Positions 36,473-44,347 of a stretch of DNA of 64,000 nt are shown here, piece after piece; the first letter of the stretch is position 1; each line of letters opens with the position of its first letter. The DNA comes from Verrucomicrobia bacterium ADurb.Bin006 (GTDB lineage Bacteria; Verrucomicrobiota; Verrucomicrobiia; Limisphaerales; J093), in contig MWFF01000086.1 of NCBI GenBank assembly GCA_002071485.1, positions 34,617 through 98,616 on the forward strand, given 5' to 3'. Under the pieces are notes generated by a model, which saw only the letters and a program-made list of their open reading frames with translations, had not been told where the DNA came from and ran no database searches. A program made the position numbers and the translations under genes.

Positions 36473-36632
36473 TTAGACCGCATCGCAGTCCTCTTGCGGA
36501 GTCTGAGTGCCCTGTGCTCGGACGGGGTGTGAGATATGCGGGCTAGTTGGAGAGCGCATCAGGCTGTCAAAGGCATGGCACGGCGGGTTCAAAGGCTTGA
36601 ACAGACGGGCAGAATCTACCTACTTTGACCCC

Positions 36633-38042
36633 GTGGCCAAAGTCACTGATATCCGCGTCCGATCCGCCGAACTCTTCTTCCTTCCCGTTCACACCCGGGT
36701 GCCGCTCAAGTTCGGCCCGGAAACGCTCACGTCGGTCACCTGCGCGCGCGCACGCGTTCGGGTGGAAAACCGACATGGGCGCGGCGCGACGGGGTGGGGC
36801 GAGACGCCGCTGAGCGTGCAATGGGTCTGGCCCAGCGCGCTGCCCTACGACGCGCGCCATGAGGCCCTCAAGCGCTTTTGCGTGCGATTGGCCGAGGCCT
36901 GGCCGTGTTTCGATGCGGACGGACACCCGATCGAGATCGGTCACGCCTTTCAGGAACACCGATTGGGCGCATTGCTCGAAGCCTGCAACGCCGAACGCGG
37001 GCCGACGGTCGAACCGATGCCCTGGCTGGCGGCTCTGGTCTGCTGTTCCGTGTTCGATCAGGCGATCCACGACGCCTATGGCCACATGCTCGAACGCCCC
37101 GCCTACACGACCTACGGCGCGGATTGTCTCAACCGCGATCTCGCGCATTTTCTCGACCCGGCCGCCGGCGCCACCAGCGATTTCCGGGGCCGCTATCCGG
37201 ACGCGTTTCTTGCGTCCGAGCCCCAGCGCACGCTGAAGGCCTGGCATCTGGTGGGCGGACTTGATCCGCTCGATCCTTCCGAACTGACTGGACTCGAGCC
37301 TCAGGACGGGTATCCGGTGCTGTTGGAGGACTGGATTCGCACGGACGGGTTGACGTGTCTGAAGGTGAAACTGCGCGGCAACGACGTGCCTTGGGACTAT
37401 CAGCGGCTGGTGCGGGTAGGCGAGATCGGGCGGGCTCAGGGCGTCGAATGGCTCAGCGCCGATTTCAACTGCACGGTCACCGACCCGGCCTACGTCAACG
37501 GTATCCTCGATCGTCTCCGTGCCGAGCATCCGCGTCTGGACCGCATGCTCCTCTATGTCGAGCAGCCTTTTCCCTATGACCTCGACCGGCATCGGATCGA
37601 TGTCCGCGGCGTATCGGCGCGCAAGGCGCTGTTTCTCGATGAGAGCGCGCACGATTGGAAGCTGATCCGACTTGGCCGCGAACTGGGCTGGTCGGGGGTC
37701 GCGCTGAAGACCTGCAAGACTCAGACCGGCGCGGTGCTCAGCGCGTGCTGGGCCAAGGCACACGGCATGGCTCTGATGGTGCAGGATCTGAGCAATCCGA
37801 TGCTGGCCCAGATCCCGCATCTGCTGCTGGCCGCGCACGTGGGCACCATCATGGGGGTCGAGACCAACGGCATGCAGTTCTATCCGGCGGCGTCCAATCC
37901 GGAAGCGCGCGTGCACCCGGGGGTTTACCGGCGCCGCCACGGGCGTGTCGACCTGAGCACGGTGCGCGGCCCCGGGTTCGGCTATCGCCTCGAGGAAATC
38001 CCGCGCGCAGTCGGGGCGCCGGTCGCGGCATTCGGGCGGTGA
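36633..38042 (+). CDS. enolase-superfamily (mandelate racemase/muconate lactonizing enzyme-like) protein
   Basis: KxK (LKVKLRG) plus metal-ligand positions LSADFN, YVEQPFP and LFLDESAHD in the expected order. The start is uncertain: GTG at 36633 or upstream at 36507. Confidence 0.72.
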   Translation: MAKVTDIRVRSAELFFLPVHTRVPLKFGPETLTSVTCARARVRVENRHGRGATGWGETPLSVQWVWPSALPYDARHEALKRFCVRLAEAWPCFDADGHPIEIGHAFQEHRLGALLEACNAERGPTVEPMPWLAALVCCSVFDQAIHDAYGHMLERPAYTTYGADCLNRDLAHFLDPAAGATSDFRGRYPDAFLASEPQRTLKAWHLVGGLDPLDPSELTGLEPQDGYPVLLEDWIRTDGLTCLKVKLRGNDVPWDYQRLVRVGEIGRAQGVEWLSADFNCTVTDPAYVNGILDRLRAEHPRLDRMLLYVEQPFPYDLDRHRIDVRGVSARKALFLDESAHDWKLIRLGRELGWSGVALKTCKTQTGAVLSACWAKAHGMALMVQDLSNPMLAQIPHLLLAAHVGTIMGVETNGMQFYPAASNPEARVHPGVYRRRHGRVDLSTVRGPGFGYRLEEIPRAVGAPVAAFGR

Positions 38043-38812
38043 CAGTCTGTCTGTGCTTCGTGTGAAGCTTCCCGAAGCCTGCTGCTCCAGACTCGCCGAA
38101 GGCGGGCCGTGCGCTCGGCGGGGGGCGGATGGGAACTGAAGTACTGACCGAGCGGTGTTTGATCGCCGTGCAAGTGCTGGAGACGCTCGAGCAGGCGAAT
38201 GCTCGCCAGGGGATGGTGGCCCGCGGCCTGGGCCAGGCGCGAGCCGAATTCGTCCGCCTCGAATTCGCATTCCTGCGAGTAGGCGCTGGATAACAACTGA
38301 AGCGTGGTGTCCTTGACGAGGCCGCCCAGCGGAGTCGCGCGCCCGAGTCGGCTCGCCAGCGCCTTCATGAACGATTCCTGGAGGTAATGGTCGGTGGCAT
38401 GCCCGCGGATGACGTGGGCCATTTCGTGACCGAGGACGAACGCGATCTCGTCTTCGTACCGTTGACAGAGATCCAAGAGGGACACGCTTATGAAGATGTA
38501 TCCGCCGGGCAACGCGAGGGCCGAGGGCTCCGGCAGTTGGATTGCATCGATTCGAAAACGGATTTGCCGGTTCTTCAGCCGCGCGGCCAGCGCGTCTCCA
38601 ATTCGACGCACGAGTTCGAAATCCGCGGCGGCGGCGGGCGCAGTGGACGACGCGCGGATCTTCAACGCCAGAGTGCCGCCCAGTTCCCGCTCGGCCTTCA
38701 GGCGATCCTCTTCAGAGCCGGCCAGGCTCTGCCAGGCCCACTTGGCTTTTTGGTAGGCCGGCATGCTCAAACGGCCCATCGCACGGCCCCAATTCTCGAA
38801 CATGCTCCCCAT
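37982..38812 (-). CDS. M48-family zinc metallopeptidase
   Basis: HEXXH in VLGHEMAHVIRGH with a downstream E (CEFEADEFG). The start is uncertain (38812, 38863 or 38902). The 3' end overlaps the convergent enolase-family gene by 61 nt. Confidence 0.85.
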   Translation of the reverse strand: MGSMFENWGRAMGRLSMPAYQKAKWAWQSLAGSEEDRLKAERELGGTLALKIRASSTAPAAAADFELVRRIGDALAARLKNRQIRFRIDAIQLPEPSALALPGGYIFISVSLLDLCQRYEDEIAFVLGHEMAHVIRGHATDHYLQESFMKALASRLGRATPLGGLVKDTTLQLLSSAYSQECEFEADEFGSRLAQAAGHHPLASIRLLERLQHLHGDQTPLGQYFSSHPPPAERTARLRRVWSSRLREASHEAQTDCHRPNAATGAPTARGISSRR

Positions 38813-38911
38813 GCAGTTTGTGTGTTGCAGGCGATCCGGGGCCGCACCAACGCGCCCGCGCATCGTCTTTGATACTGTTGAGCGTGAATCCCGGAATGGC
38901 AAGCGGACTCG

Positions 38912-39094
38912 TCAGCGTGTTGGCCAGCGGCAGAGGGATGCGGGCAGTAAGATCAGGACCCCGCCCTGGCCGCCCAGGAAGGGGAAGTTGTAGCTGCGCA
39001 GCGCCAGGACGAACAACTGCACCAGCCACGGGTTTTCGGGCAGGCGGAACGTTCCCGGGCGTTCGCCTTCCCAGATTCGGTTCGCCATTGCCAT
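38912..39094 (-). CDS. possible small hypothetical protein or gene relic
   Basis: 60-aa ORF (MAMANRIWEGERPGTFRLPENPWLVQLFVLALRSYNFPFLGG...) with roughly 80% G/C at third positions by hand count. No family recognised. Confidence 0.25.
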   Translation of the reverse strand: MAMANRIWEGERPGTFRLPENPWLVQLFVLALRSYNFPFLGGQGGVLILLPASLCRWPTR

Positions 39095-39193
39095 TTACCA
39101 GAAGGGTGCCGATCAACCAATGCGAATCCGGTTAGCTGAAAACGCGATCCGCGCCGCGTCCGCGCAAGGCGCCGTTCCTCGCCCGCCGGGTGC

Positions 39194-40114
39194 CTATTCG
39201 CTCGCGCGGGCCAGATGCCGGTCGAACCAGTCGGCGAACAGCCGGATGTCCCAAAGCATGCTCAACCAGCCATGCTTCTTGCCGGGGCGCACGATGAGTT
39301 CGACACGCGCCCCGGTTTCTCGGGCGCGGTCGCGAAACCACTCGGATTGTTCGGGCGGAGTGAGGGTATCGGCGCCTCCCTGCACGATGAGGACCGGGGG
39401 CATGTTGCTCGTGACGTGGTAGATGGGGGACATCGCGCGCCCGATCACCTTCCAGGCAGCCAGATTGGTCGACTGCGGCCCGAACGCCTTGACAAAGCTC
39501 TTGGGCGGTCCGCCGTCACCCGCGTTCTCCGTGGATTGGCCCAGGTTGAGCAGATCGGTGACCGGGAAGAAGATCGCGGCCGCCTGGACGGCGCTGCTGG
39601 CGCGATCCACGGGATCGGGCGCATCGGCGGGTCCGGGGCCGCCGCGCGTGGCCAGCATCAGACTCAAATGGCCGCCCGCACTGCCGCCGGTCACTCCGAT
39701 GCGGTCTGGGTCGATCCCATACTCCTCCGCATGATGTCGGATGAACCGGACCGCCCGGCTCACGTCGTCGAAGATCTCCATGACCGTGGCATCCGGCTGA
39801 GACAGGTGGGTGACGGCAAAGACCGTGTAGCCGCGCCGCAGGAGCGGCGCCGCCATGAAAGGTCGAAACGCGTTCGTGCCCGATTTCCACCCTCCGCTCA
39901 CCATCAAAGCGACACCCAATCCGTTGGGCCGCGCCGGCCGCGCCACGTCCATGACCAGGGGTTCCCCGTGCCGTTGTCCATAAACAATGCCATGGGTGCG
40001 CTCGTGCGAGGGGTGGAAGTACCACCAGAGTGCGGACGCCGTCGTGCCGGACAGGACGATGACCAGCACGATGACGCTCACGACCACATAAAAGACTGTG
40101 CGGCGCATGGACAT
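39194..40114 (-). CDS. membrane-anchored alpha/beta hydrolase (esterase/lipase type)
   Basis: The ATG at 40114 gives an N-terminal TM segment (VFYVVVSVIVLVIVL). Nucleophile elbow GVTGGSAGGHLS and a C-terminal PPVLIVQGGADTL...H. Confidence 0.85.
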   Translation of the reverse strand: MSMRRTVFYVVVSVIVLVIVLSGTTASALWWYFHPSHERTHGIVYGQRHGEPLVMDVARPARPNGLGVALMVSGGWKSGTNAFRPFMAAPLLRRGYTVFAVTHLSQPDATVMEIFDDVSRAVRFIRHHAEEYGIDPDRIGVTGGSAGGHLSLMLATRGGPGPADAPDPVDRASSAVQAAAIFFPVTDLLNLGQSTENAGDGGPPKSFVKAFGPQSTNLAAWKVIGRAMSPIYHVTSNMPPVLIVQGGADTLTPPEQSEWFRDRARETGARVELIVRPGKKHGWLSMLWDIRLFADWFDRHLARASE

Positions 40115-40230
40115 GTCCGGAACGTGGCATGAAATCCGTCCGCCTCCAAGCTGGGAATTGAGGGCGAGCGTTCGGTTTCTCCGTTGACGATTCGCGGCGC
40201 GCACTCCAATTTCTGCCCGTTTGCGTCAGG

Positions 40231-42402
40231 ATGAAGAAGACAGTCCTCTTTGTTTGCACAGGCAACGTGTGCCGCAGCCCGATGGCGGAAGGCCTCTTCC
40301 GCCATCAGACGCGTCATGGTGGCCGATACGAGGTCCTGTCGGCGGGGGTGGGGGCCATCGACGGCCAGCCTCCGAGCGCGCTTGCGATCGAGGTCATGCG
40401 CGAGCTTGGGATTGACATTTCAGGGCAGCGCAGCCGGGCGCTGACGTCCGAGTTGGCGCAGCGGGCCGATTACATCTTCGTGATGACTCACGGGCATCTG
40501 GATACCGTGAGCCTGCTCCACCCGCATGCGGTGGAGAAGACGTTTCTGTTGCGGGAATTCGACGAGACGCTTGCGGTGTACGAGAAGGACATTCCGGATC
40601 CGATTGGCGAGGGTCTTTCCGTCTACCGGGACTGTCGGGATCATATCGAGCAAGGGCTGCATTCCCTGCTGGCTTTCATCGAACAAACCGCGGGAGGCGG
40701 CGATTCCCCTCCCATTTCACACCGTCCTATGACCATCACTGTCGGCGCCGACCACGCGGGGTATGCACTGAAAGAACTTCTTAAACAGCACCTGGCCCTT
40801 CACGGGTACGAGGTCAACGACGTCGGCGCACATTCGGCGGAATCGACCGACTATCCGGACTACGCGCAGGCGGTAGCCAGGCAGGTGGTTTCCGGGCAAT
40901 CGACCTTCGGATTGTTGGTCTGCGCGTCGGGTGTGGGGATGAGCATTGCGGCCAACAAGGTGCCGGGAATCCGCGCCGCGGTGGCGCGGGACGATGTGAT
41001 GGCGGCCCTGGTGCGGCAGCACAACGACGCCAACGTTCTCTGCCTGGGCGCCCGCTTTGTCAACGAGGAGCAGGCGCGGCGGATTCTGACGGCGTTTTTG
41101 GGCGCCAAATTCGAGGGGGGTCGGCATCAACGCCGGGTAAGCAAGCTCGAGGCGGGTGAGTCGCGCGCCGCGCGCCTGGCCCGGCAGGATGCGGCGGTTC
41201 ACGCGGCGATTCGGCGTGAAGTGCTGCGTCAGCAGGAGAACATCGAGTTGATCGCCAGCGAGAACTTCGCCAGCCCGGCTATCCTCGAGGCCCAGGGGTC
41301 GGTTATGACCAACAAGTACGCCGAGGGTTACCCCAGGAAGCGCTGGTACGGCGGATGCGAGAATGTGGATGTGGTCGAGCAGTTGGCCATCGATCGCGCC
41401 CGGGAACTCTTCGGCGCCGAGCACGCGAACGTGCAGCCTCACTCGGGCAGCGGGGCCAATATGGCGGTCTACTTCGCCTTCCTCAAGCCCGGCGACAAGA
41501 TGCTGACGATGGATTTGAGTCACGGAGGGCATCTCACCCACGGCAATCGAGCCAATTTCTCGGGTCGCTTTTTCGAGATCGTTCACTACGGGGTGCGCAA
41601 GGACGACGAGCGGATCGATTACGATCAACTGGCCGGGCTGGCGCGAGAGCACCATCCGAAAATGATCACGGTCGGCGCCAGCGCTTATCCCCGGACGATC
41701 GATTTTGCCAGGATGGGCGAGATTGCGCGCGAGGTGGGCGCGCTGCTGCTCGCGGACATTGCGCATATTGCGGGCCTGGTTGCGACCGGACTGCACCCGA
41801 GCCCGGTGCCGCATGCGGATTTCGTGACGACCACCACGCACAAGACGATGCGGGGGCCGCGCGGCGGGCTGATCCTGTGCCGTGGCCAGTACGCCAAGGA
41901 GATCGATTCGCAGGTGTTTCCGGGCATTCAGGGCGGCCCCTTGATGCACGTGATTGCCGCCAAGGCAGTCTGCCTGCACGAGGCGTCGCGGCCCGAGTTC
42001 AAGGCGTACCAGGAGCGCGTGGTCCGCAACGCGGCCGCGCTGGCGGCCGGCCTGCGGCGCAACGGATTTCGGCTGGTGAGCGGCGGCACCGACAACCACC
42101 TGGCGTTGATCGACGTGGGCGCGCGCGGGATGACCGGCAAGGAGTGCCAGATGGCTCTCGATGAAGCCGGCATCACCGTCAACAAAAATACCATCCCCTT
42201 CGAAACTCGGTCTCCATTCCAGGCCAGCGGCATCCGGGTGGGCTCGCCGGCGGTCACGACGCGCGGAATGGCCGAAGCCGAAATGGCCGCGATCGCCGAT
42301 ATGATCAGCGAGGTGCTGATGGACATCAAAAACCTTGACGTCGCCCACCAAGTGCGTAATCGTGTCCACGAATTGACCGCGAAATTCCCCTTGCCATACT
42401 AG
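40231..42402 (+). CDS. glyA: tri-domain fusion: LMW protein phosphatase + ribose-5-phosphate isomerase B + serine hydroxymethyltransferase
   Basis: One uninterrupted 723-aa [16 protein letters not shown] (C-X5-R-S P-loop) and IPDPIG. Then [29 protein letters not shown] and [10 protein letters not shown] (RpiB). Then IELIASENF...[14 protein letters not shown] (SHMT PLP-lysine). Confidence 0.9.
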   Translation: MKKTVLFVCTGNVCRSPMAEGLFRHQTRHGGRYEVLSAGVGAIDGQPPSALAIEVMRELGIDISGQRSRALTSELAQRADYIFVMTHGHLDTVSLLHPHAVEKTFLLREFDETLAVYEKDIPDPIGEGLSVYRDCRDHIEQGLHSLLAFIEQTAGGGDSPPISHRPMTITVGADHAGYALKELLKQHLALHGYEVNDVGAHSAESTDYPDYAQAVARQVVSGQSTFGLLVCASGVGMSIAANKVPGIRAAVARDDVMAALVRQHNDANVLCLGARFVNEEQARRILTAFLGAKFEGGRHQRRVSKLEAGESRAARLARQDAAVHAAIRREVLRQQENIELIASENFASPAILEAQGSVMTNKYAEGYPRKRWYGGCENVDVVEQLAIDRARELFGAEHANVQPHSGSGANMAVYFAFLKPGDKMLTMDLSHGGHLTHGNRANFSGRFFEIVHYGVRKDDERIDYDQLAGLAREHHPKMITVGASAYPRTIDFARMGEIAREVGALLLADIAHIAGLVATGLHPSPVPHADFVTTTTHKTMRGPRGGLILCRGQYAKEIDSQVFPGIQGGPLMHVIAAKAVCLHEASRPEFKAYQERVVRNAAALAAGLRRNGFRLVSGGTDNHLALIDVGARGMTGKECQMALDEAGITVNKNTIPFETRSPFQASGIRVGSPAVTTRGMAEAEMAAIADMISEVLMDIKNLDVAHQVRNRVHELTAKFPLPY

Positions 42403-42573
42403 AGTCTGGAACTCACTGGAACTCAGTCGGCTAAGGCTGGTCAAACCGTATTTACCCTCAGCTCGAAACGCTGGGACCGCCCTTTCCGGAACGGCGACAC
42501 GTTCTCCCCGTTGACGGTGAAGGTCCGGGTTCACGATCAATGGACTGTCAACTCATTGCCAACTGATTAGATT

Positions 42574-44124
42574 ATGCCACGCCCAAAGAAGTCCGAACGG
42601 CCTCGCCCCAAACCGATGCGTCGCGGCAAAACGACCGCCGCTTCGAAGTCGAATGCCCCCGAGCTCGCGCTGGAGACACCGTCTGCGCCGCCCGACCGAA
42701 TGACTGACGACGCCATACGCGATGGAATGCGACCCGAGCCGACCGAGGAATCGGCCCCGGCGGCGCCCTCGGCAGTTGCGCCCGAGACGGCCGGCGAATC
42801 GCCGGTCGAAGCCGCACCTGCGCGGCCAGCGCCTTCCGCCCGCCCCGCCTTGCCGAGCGGGACGACGATCAACATCGCCAAGCTGCAGTCGATGTCGATG
42901 GGCGAACTGACGCACATGGCCAAGGAATGGGGCATCGAGAACTTCGGCACGATGAAGAAGCACGAAGTCATCTTCGAGATTCTCAAGAAGAACGCCGAAC
43001 GCAACGGCGTCCTCTTCGCAGAAGGCGTGCTCGAAATCTTGAGCGAGGGTTTCGGATTCCTCCGCTCCCAGTCGTTCAATTACCTGCCGTGCCCGGAAGA
43101 CGTCTACGTTTCCCCATCCCAAATCCGCCGCTTCGATCTCCAGACAGGCGATATCGTGGCCGGCCAGATCCGGCCGCCCAAGGAGAAGGAGAAGTTCTTC
43201 GCGCTCCTCAAGGTCGAGGCCGTGGCCCACGAGGATCCCGACAGCGCGAAGGAGAAGACGCACTTCGACAACCTGACCCCGCTCTTCCCGAACAAGCGGG
43301 TAATTCTCGAAACGACCTCTGACGAGCTCTCGACGCGCGTCGTCGACCTGGTCTGTCCCATTGGCAAGGGCACCCGTGGCCTGATCGTGGCGCCGCCGCG
43401 CACGGGCAAGACCGTTTTGATGCAGAAGCTGGCCAACGCCATCCTCAAGAATAATCCCGAGATCTACCTCATCATCCTGTTGATCGACGAGCGGCCCGAG
43501 GAGGTCACCGACATGGAGCGGACCTGCAAAGGCGCCGAGGTGATCAGTTCCACGTTCGATGAGCCCCCCGAGCGCCATGTGCAGGTGGCCGAGATGGTCA
43601 TCGAGAAGGCCCGCCGCATGACCGAGCACAAAAAGGATGTCGTCATCCTGCTCGATTCGATCACTCGCCTGGCCCGCGCTTACAACACCGTCCAACCCCA
43701 CTCGGGCAAGATACTCTCCGGGGGCGTCGACGCCAACGCCCTCCACAAACCCAAACGGTTCTTCGGCGCCGCACGCAACATCGAGGAAGGCGGGTCCCTG
43801 ACCATCATGGCCACCGCCCTGGTCGACACCGGGTCGCGCATGGACGAGGTCATCTTCGAGGAGTTCAAGGGCACCGGCAATATGGAGGTGCATCTCGACC
43901 GGGCTCTCGTCGACCGTCGCATCTTCCCGTCGATCAACATCGAGCGGTCGGGCACCCGCAAGGAGGAATTGCTCTATCACCCCGATGAACTCTCGCGCAT
44001 TGTGCTTCTGCGCCGCGCCTTGACCGGCGTTCCGCCCGTCGAGGCGATGGAACTGCTCCTTGGCAAGCTCAAGAAGACCCAGAGCAACATCATGTTCCTC
44101 CTCTCGATGGCGAACGTGAGTTGA
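42574..44124 (+). CDS. rho: transcription termination factor Rho with an N-terminal low-complexity extension
   Basis: Rho N-terminal domain ([20 protein letters not shown]), RNA-binding OB fold (GFGFLRS...[16 protein letters not shown]), Walker [13 protein letters not shown] and the C-terminal RKEELL. The first ~95 aa are Pro/Ala/Arg-rich. Confidence 0.96.
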   Translation: MPRPKKSERPRPKPMRRGKTTAASKSNAPELALETPSAPPDRMTDDAIRDGMRPEPTEESAPAAPSAVAPETAGESPVEAAPARPAPSARPALPSGTTINIAKLQSMSMGELTHMAKEWGIENFGTMKKHEVIFEILKKNAERNGVLFAEGVLEILSEGFGFLRSQSFNYLPCPEDVYVSPSQIRRFDLQTGDIVAGQIRPPKEKEKFFALLKVEAVAHEDPDSAKEKTHFDNLTPLFPNKRVILETTSDELSTRVVDLVCPIGKGTRGLIVAPPRTGKTVLMQKLANAILKNNPEIYLIILLIDERPEEVTDMERTCKGAEVISSTFDEPPERHVQVAEMVIEKARRMTEHKKDVVILLDSITRLARAYNTVQPHSGKILSGGVDANALHKPKRFFGAARNIEEGGSLTIMATALVDTGSRMDEVIFEEFKGTGNMEVHLDRALVDRRIFPSINIERSGTRKEELLYHPDELSRIVLLRRALTGVPPVEAMELLLGKLKKTQSNIMFLLSMANVS

Positions 44125-44207
44125 CCCCGCTCTCCGAGGATGGTCTTCCGTGCCCCATCTCCATGAACCGCCTGCGCAAGCCGTTGATAATTAACAAAAG
44201 GGGCAAC

Positions 44208-44296
44208 CCGAACGTCCAACGCGCAACGTTCAACATCCAACTTTTAACGAACCGCTTCGTTGAACGTTGAGCGTTGGAAGTTGGGCGTTGAACGTT
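44208..44296. repeat. long imperfect inverted repeat plus extra copies of a GTTGAACGTT motif downstream of rho
   Basis: CCGAACGTCCAACGCGCAACGTTCAAC at 44208-44234 pairs with GTTGAACGTTGAGCGTTGGAAGTTGGG at 44259-44285 (about 23 of 27 positions, 24-nt loop). A third GTTGAACGTT lies at 44287-44296. Confidence 0.7.
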
Positions 44297-44347
44297 CCCC
44301 GGTTCATGGGTCCAATGCGCACTCAACCGTTGAATGTCAAAACTCCT

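Noticed and set aside
37982-38042. 61-nt convergent overlap between the enolase-family gene and the M48 peptidase gene
   Set aside because: Both stops are the first in-frame stops of well-supported genes. Such 3' overlaps are common in stop-poor high-GC DNA, and there is no evidence of anything special.
40115-40230. Possible ZTP or other riboswitch upstream of the glyA-containing fusion gene
   Set aside because: Only about 116 nt separate the divergent starts. I could not find the conserved ZTP elements (such as the CCGCCTGGGC-type pseudoknot) or any other riboswitch core.
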